Positions 60,712 through 64,000 of a DNA stretch of 64,000 nucleotides are shown piece by piece. Under the pieces are notes generated by a model. That model ran no database searches, was not told the DNA's origin, and saw nothing but the letters and a program-made list of their open reading frames with translations. The stretch is from Mobula hypostoma (Eukaryota): NCBI RefSeq assembly GCF_963921235.1, contig NC_086097.1, positions 114,020,001 to 114,084,000 on the forward strand, given 5' to 3'. How positions within the stretch are numbered: the stretch's first letter is position 1; each line of letters opens with the position of its first letter. The translations under genes were made by a program, and so were the position numbers.

Positions 60712-61325
60712 GTCATAGCTGGGGAGGTAGTGGGGATAAGCGCCCATCACCCATTAAATATTCCCATGTGTCTCAAACAGCCTTTTTTACCAAGTCCAGC
60801 TCCTGGCCTTCATGTGTGACCTGGCCACTAAGCCCTGCAGAGCTGTTCCTACTGACAGGAGGAGGAGCGAAAAAGGGCTACTGGTGCCTTAAAACCAATT
60901 ATTTCAGACAGATCGGGGGGGGGTTGTCAGCTCATCTAGGGGAAGGAAAGCTCTGATCTCAAACCTCCGCTGCCTTGCAGCTATGCCTACTCCTGGGGAA
61001 GGCTTCGGGAGTAAACCTCGAGGAAAAATTTGGAGCTAGAGTCTCTATGGCCGTTTTACCTTGAGTCTAACACTGACTGGTAACTCCTACGATGCCGCTG
61101 GTGCCAAACTGTATTGGTCTCTGCCGTTCCTTTGGATTCATCAGCTGTGTGGAGAGGAGGAGTGTGCTGCAAGGGAAACCACTTGCTCCCATATCATACT
61201 GCCCTGGCTTGCATATCATGTAGACAGCTAGGACACAACATATCGTACTGCCCTGGCTTGCATATCATGTAGACAGCTAGGACACAACATCCACGGTTCA
61301 GCCCAACCAATAGAAGGCCTCAGTT
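60712..61325 (+). mobile_element. Non-coding element resembling an RTE 5'-UTR derivative, with a 49-bp tandem duplication (61190-61287)
   Basis: ctaggggaaggaaagctctgatctcaaacc resembles RTE 5' UTR motifs as recalled; no ORF. Confidence 0.45.
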
Positions 61326-61678
61326 ATTGAATTGTTATGGATAGTGATTCATTCAGCCTATCAAGCTTATGCCAGCTCCTTGTAGAACAAACAGATGAGA
61401 TTCCAGGGATGCTGGAAATTCATAGCAACACACATAAAATACTGAACCTGATGAAGGGAAACATCCACTGTTTATTCCCCTCCATAGATGCAGCCTGACC
61501 TGCTGATTTCCTCCAGCATTTTGGATTCTTGTAGAATAATCTACTTTGTAGAGCAGGGACACAGCAGCAAATCAGGCTACTTGGCCCATCAAGTAAGCTC
61601 CATCACACCATCATGGCATGTTTAAAATCCCTATCAACCTCATTGTCTTACCTTCTCTCTGTAACCTTTGATGCCCTT

Positions 61679-61881
61679 GAAGAAGAAAGCCCTTAACCCT
61701 GAGTGCAGTCATCGGCACGCCGTCTTTTGCCGGCTTTGTTTTTAGCAGGCTTTCTAATTTTTACGAGGCTGACACTCAACCCAGCACGGATGGAAAGTGT
61801 GCAAGGGAGCCGGCTGGACTCGAACTCGGGAGCCTTCGCTCTGAAGTCCGGCGCTGATGCCACTACACCACCAGCCGGCCC
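61679..61881 (-). mobile_element. Young tRNA-derived SINE with (TTC)n tail and 12-bp TSD, inserted in a CR1 3' UTR
   Basis: A box TGGTGTAGTGG, B box GTTCGAGTCC. tttgatgccctt at 61667-61678 and 61882-61893. Confidence 0.9.
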
Positions 61882-62939
61882 TTTGATGCCCTTACTAATC
61901 AAGAACTATCAACTTGCTCTTTAAATATACCCATTGTCTTGGCCTCTACAGCTGCCCCATCCTCAGTCCCACTCATCTGTTCTTCTCCTGTAGCCCTGCA
62001 AATTTATTCCCTCTTAGATCTGCAACCAGTACTTTCTGAAAGTCCTGGCTGAATCTTTTTCCATCGTCCTTACAGGTAGTGAGTTTCAATTGATAAGCAT
62101 TCTGCGCAAGAAAGCTTTTCTTCACTCTTCTCCTCTCTCCTTTGCCCATCACTTTGCTTCTTGCTTCCCTGGTTCACCAATGACATGCAAAAGGGTATCC
62201 TTTCTATCATGGAGTTGGAAGACTGTGTGGGTGGGTGGGTGAACGGAAGGGAGGGTGCAAAGGAAGAAAGGGGCTTGTTTTGCTGTTGTTTTGTTGCTTG
62301 TTATGTTCCGTGTGGCTCTGCTGAGCATTCGGGGCATGTCACGTGATGCTAGAATGTGTAACAGCACTTGCGAGCTATCCCCACCACGTTCCTAGGTGTG
62401 TTGGTTGTTAAGGCAAACAACACAATTCTTTGTATATTTTGATGTACATGTGACAAATAAAGCTAAGTTTTATATTTATCTTTAGACATTGTGATTATTC
62501 TACATTTATAATAATTTTTAAATGACCAACAGATCTGAGCTGGAGCGATAGGTCTATAGGAAAGCAAAAATGGATTGTGCAGCATTCAGGATCAATTTAT
62601 TTCCTACCTTTGTCTACCAATCCAATATACTACTTTCTATTGCACGTGAAACTCATTCATTTTTAAAGGTAGAATCATTCTGTTCTAGATTAAAGATGGA
62701 GTAATATATGTAAAGTTTCTAGGAAGAATTCTTTCCGAGTCAAAGATTTCATTAAATATTGAATGTGAAAGCTGGAGACACGCACACAAATGCATTTGTG
62801 AGTCTGACCTAACACTCTGTAGATGGATTCATCTGGGCTCTGTGGGCATTAAAATTTCAAAATAATCGTTATGGATGCCCAGAGAGAAAAATACTGCCAA
62901 TGTAACAAATCTACTCTGATCAAGGCAGTCACATCATTG

Positions 62940-63292
62940 ACCATAGAGCAATACAGCACACTACAGCCCCTTCGGCCTATGATGTTATGCCGACCTTTTA
63001 ACCTACTCTAAGTTCAATCTAACCCTTCCCTCCTATATAACCCTCCATTTTTCTATGTGCCTATCTTAGATGTCCATAATCTATCTGCCTCTATCACCAT
63101 ACCTGGCAGGGTGTTTTACACACGCTCCACTGAATTACCTCTGGCATCCCCCTATACTTGCGCCCATTCACCTTAAAATTATGCTTTCTCCTATTAGCCA
63201 TTTGGCCCTGGGAGAAAGTCTCTGTCTATCCACTTGATCTATGCCTCTTATCATCTTGTGGACCTCTGTCAAGTCACTTTTCAACCTCCTTC
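62940..63292 (-). mobile_element. CR1 3' end
   Basis: Same 3' UTR family as ~42045-42740. Confidence 0.8.
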
Positions 63293-63635
63293 AGTTTAGA
63301 GGGTTATGGAAAATGTTTGCTCTGTGGTAGCATCTATGATAGTGCAGAAGGCTGGGCTTTGGATCCTTGAGGCTATGGGACCTCTAATGGGGAGACTGAA
63401 ATCTACATAGGCCAGTTAGTTGCACTCCAAGACTAATAACATCATAGAGGATTTTGCTGCTGGTGTCGGGGAGGCTTTACATGAGTTTGGCACTGGGAAA
63501 GGAAATTTAACTATGAAAGGCAAGAGCAAAATAACATGAAAACAGGAGTTTGTAAATGAGCCTGGAAGACAGAGGAATGAATTGGAAAACAGTGAGAAAA
63601 AAGCTGGGAAGAAGCATTTTTTTCCATATTTGAGA

Positions 63636-64000
63636 AGAGGTGAGGGCAGCATCAATGGTAGAGAAAGGGAAACTCCATTCTTTGAAGAAGGAAGACATCT
63701 CAGATGTTCTGGAATGGAAAGTCTCAGCCTGAGAAAAGATGTAACGGAGACAGAGGAATAAAAAAAATACAGAATAGCATTTTTATAAGTGACAGGGTGG
63801 GATGAAGTACAATGAAGATGCTTACCCACAGCTCCTCCATTTCCTGGACATATCTCAACATATACCCTCAACATATCTTCCCGTTGTCATGATATTAATA
63901 GAGTTCCCCTTGTCCTTACCTACCAACACATGAGCCTCAGCATCCAGCACATCATTCTTCATAACTTCCACCATCTTCAGTGGAATCCTACCAATAAGCA
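63636..64000. mobile_element. Penelope-like fragments in opposite orientations
   Basis: Minus-strand SEMSSFFKEWSFPFSTIDAALT (63636-63810); plus-strand RVPLVLTY..LSIQHIILHNFHHLQ (~63900-64000). Confidence 0.75.

Noticed and set aside
61790..61881. tRNA gene
   Set aside because: A/B boxes continue into a SINE body with tail and TSD. The same applies to the heads at 8846, 12814, 37373 and 39008.
1..64000. Prokaryotic systems (CRISPR arrays, operons, retrons, defence islands)
   Set aside because: No repeat-spacer arrays or operon-like gene density. All RT ORFs are eukaryotic non-LTR or Penelope types.

Overview
Eukaryotic (vertebrate) genomic DNA dominated by transposable elements: CR1, Rex1/Babar, RTE and L2 LINEs, Penelope-like elements (PLEs), tRNA-derived SINEs, solo LTRs, and hAT and Tc1/mariner DNA transposons. 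This repeat mix suggests a cartilaginous fish (inference only). I can support one host coding exon: a minus-strand terminal exon at 60386-60589 resembling the C-terminus of DIPK1C/FAM69C, so most of the window is probably downstream of that gene. Points of interest: minimal type I hammerhead ribozyme motifs in PLE-type terminal repeats (two canonical copies, one near-canonical, several decayed, plus a second family inside a fold-back insertion); a ~9.7 kb multi-layer nested TE stack with readable target-site duplications (TSDs); a non-coding ~680-bp retroposon family with an inverted pair; a splice donor conserved upstream of ORF1 in three CR1 subfamilies; and SINE head/tail swapping. There are no prokaryotic features. 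Family names come from recalled motifs, not database searches, and boundaries without a stated TSD are approximate.
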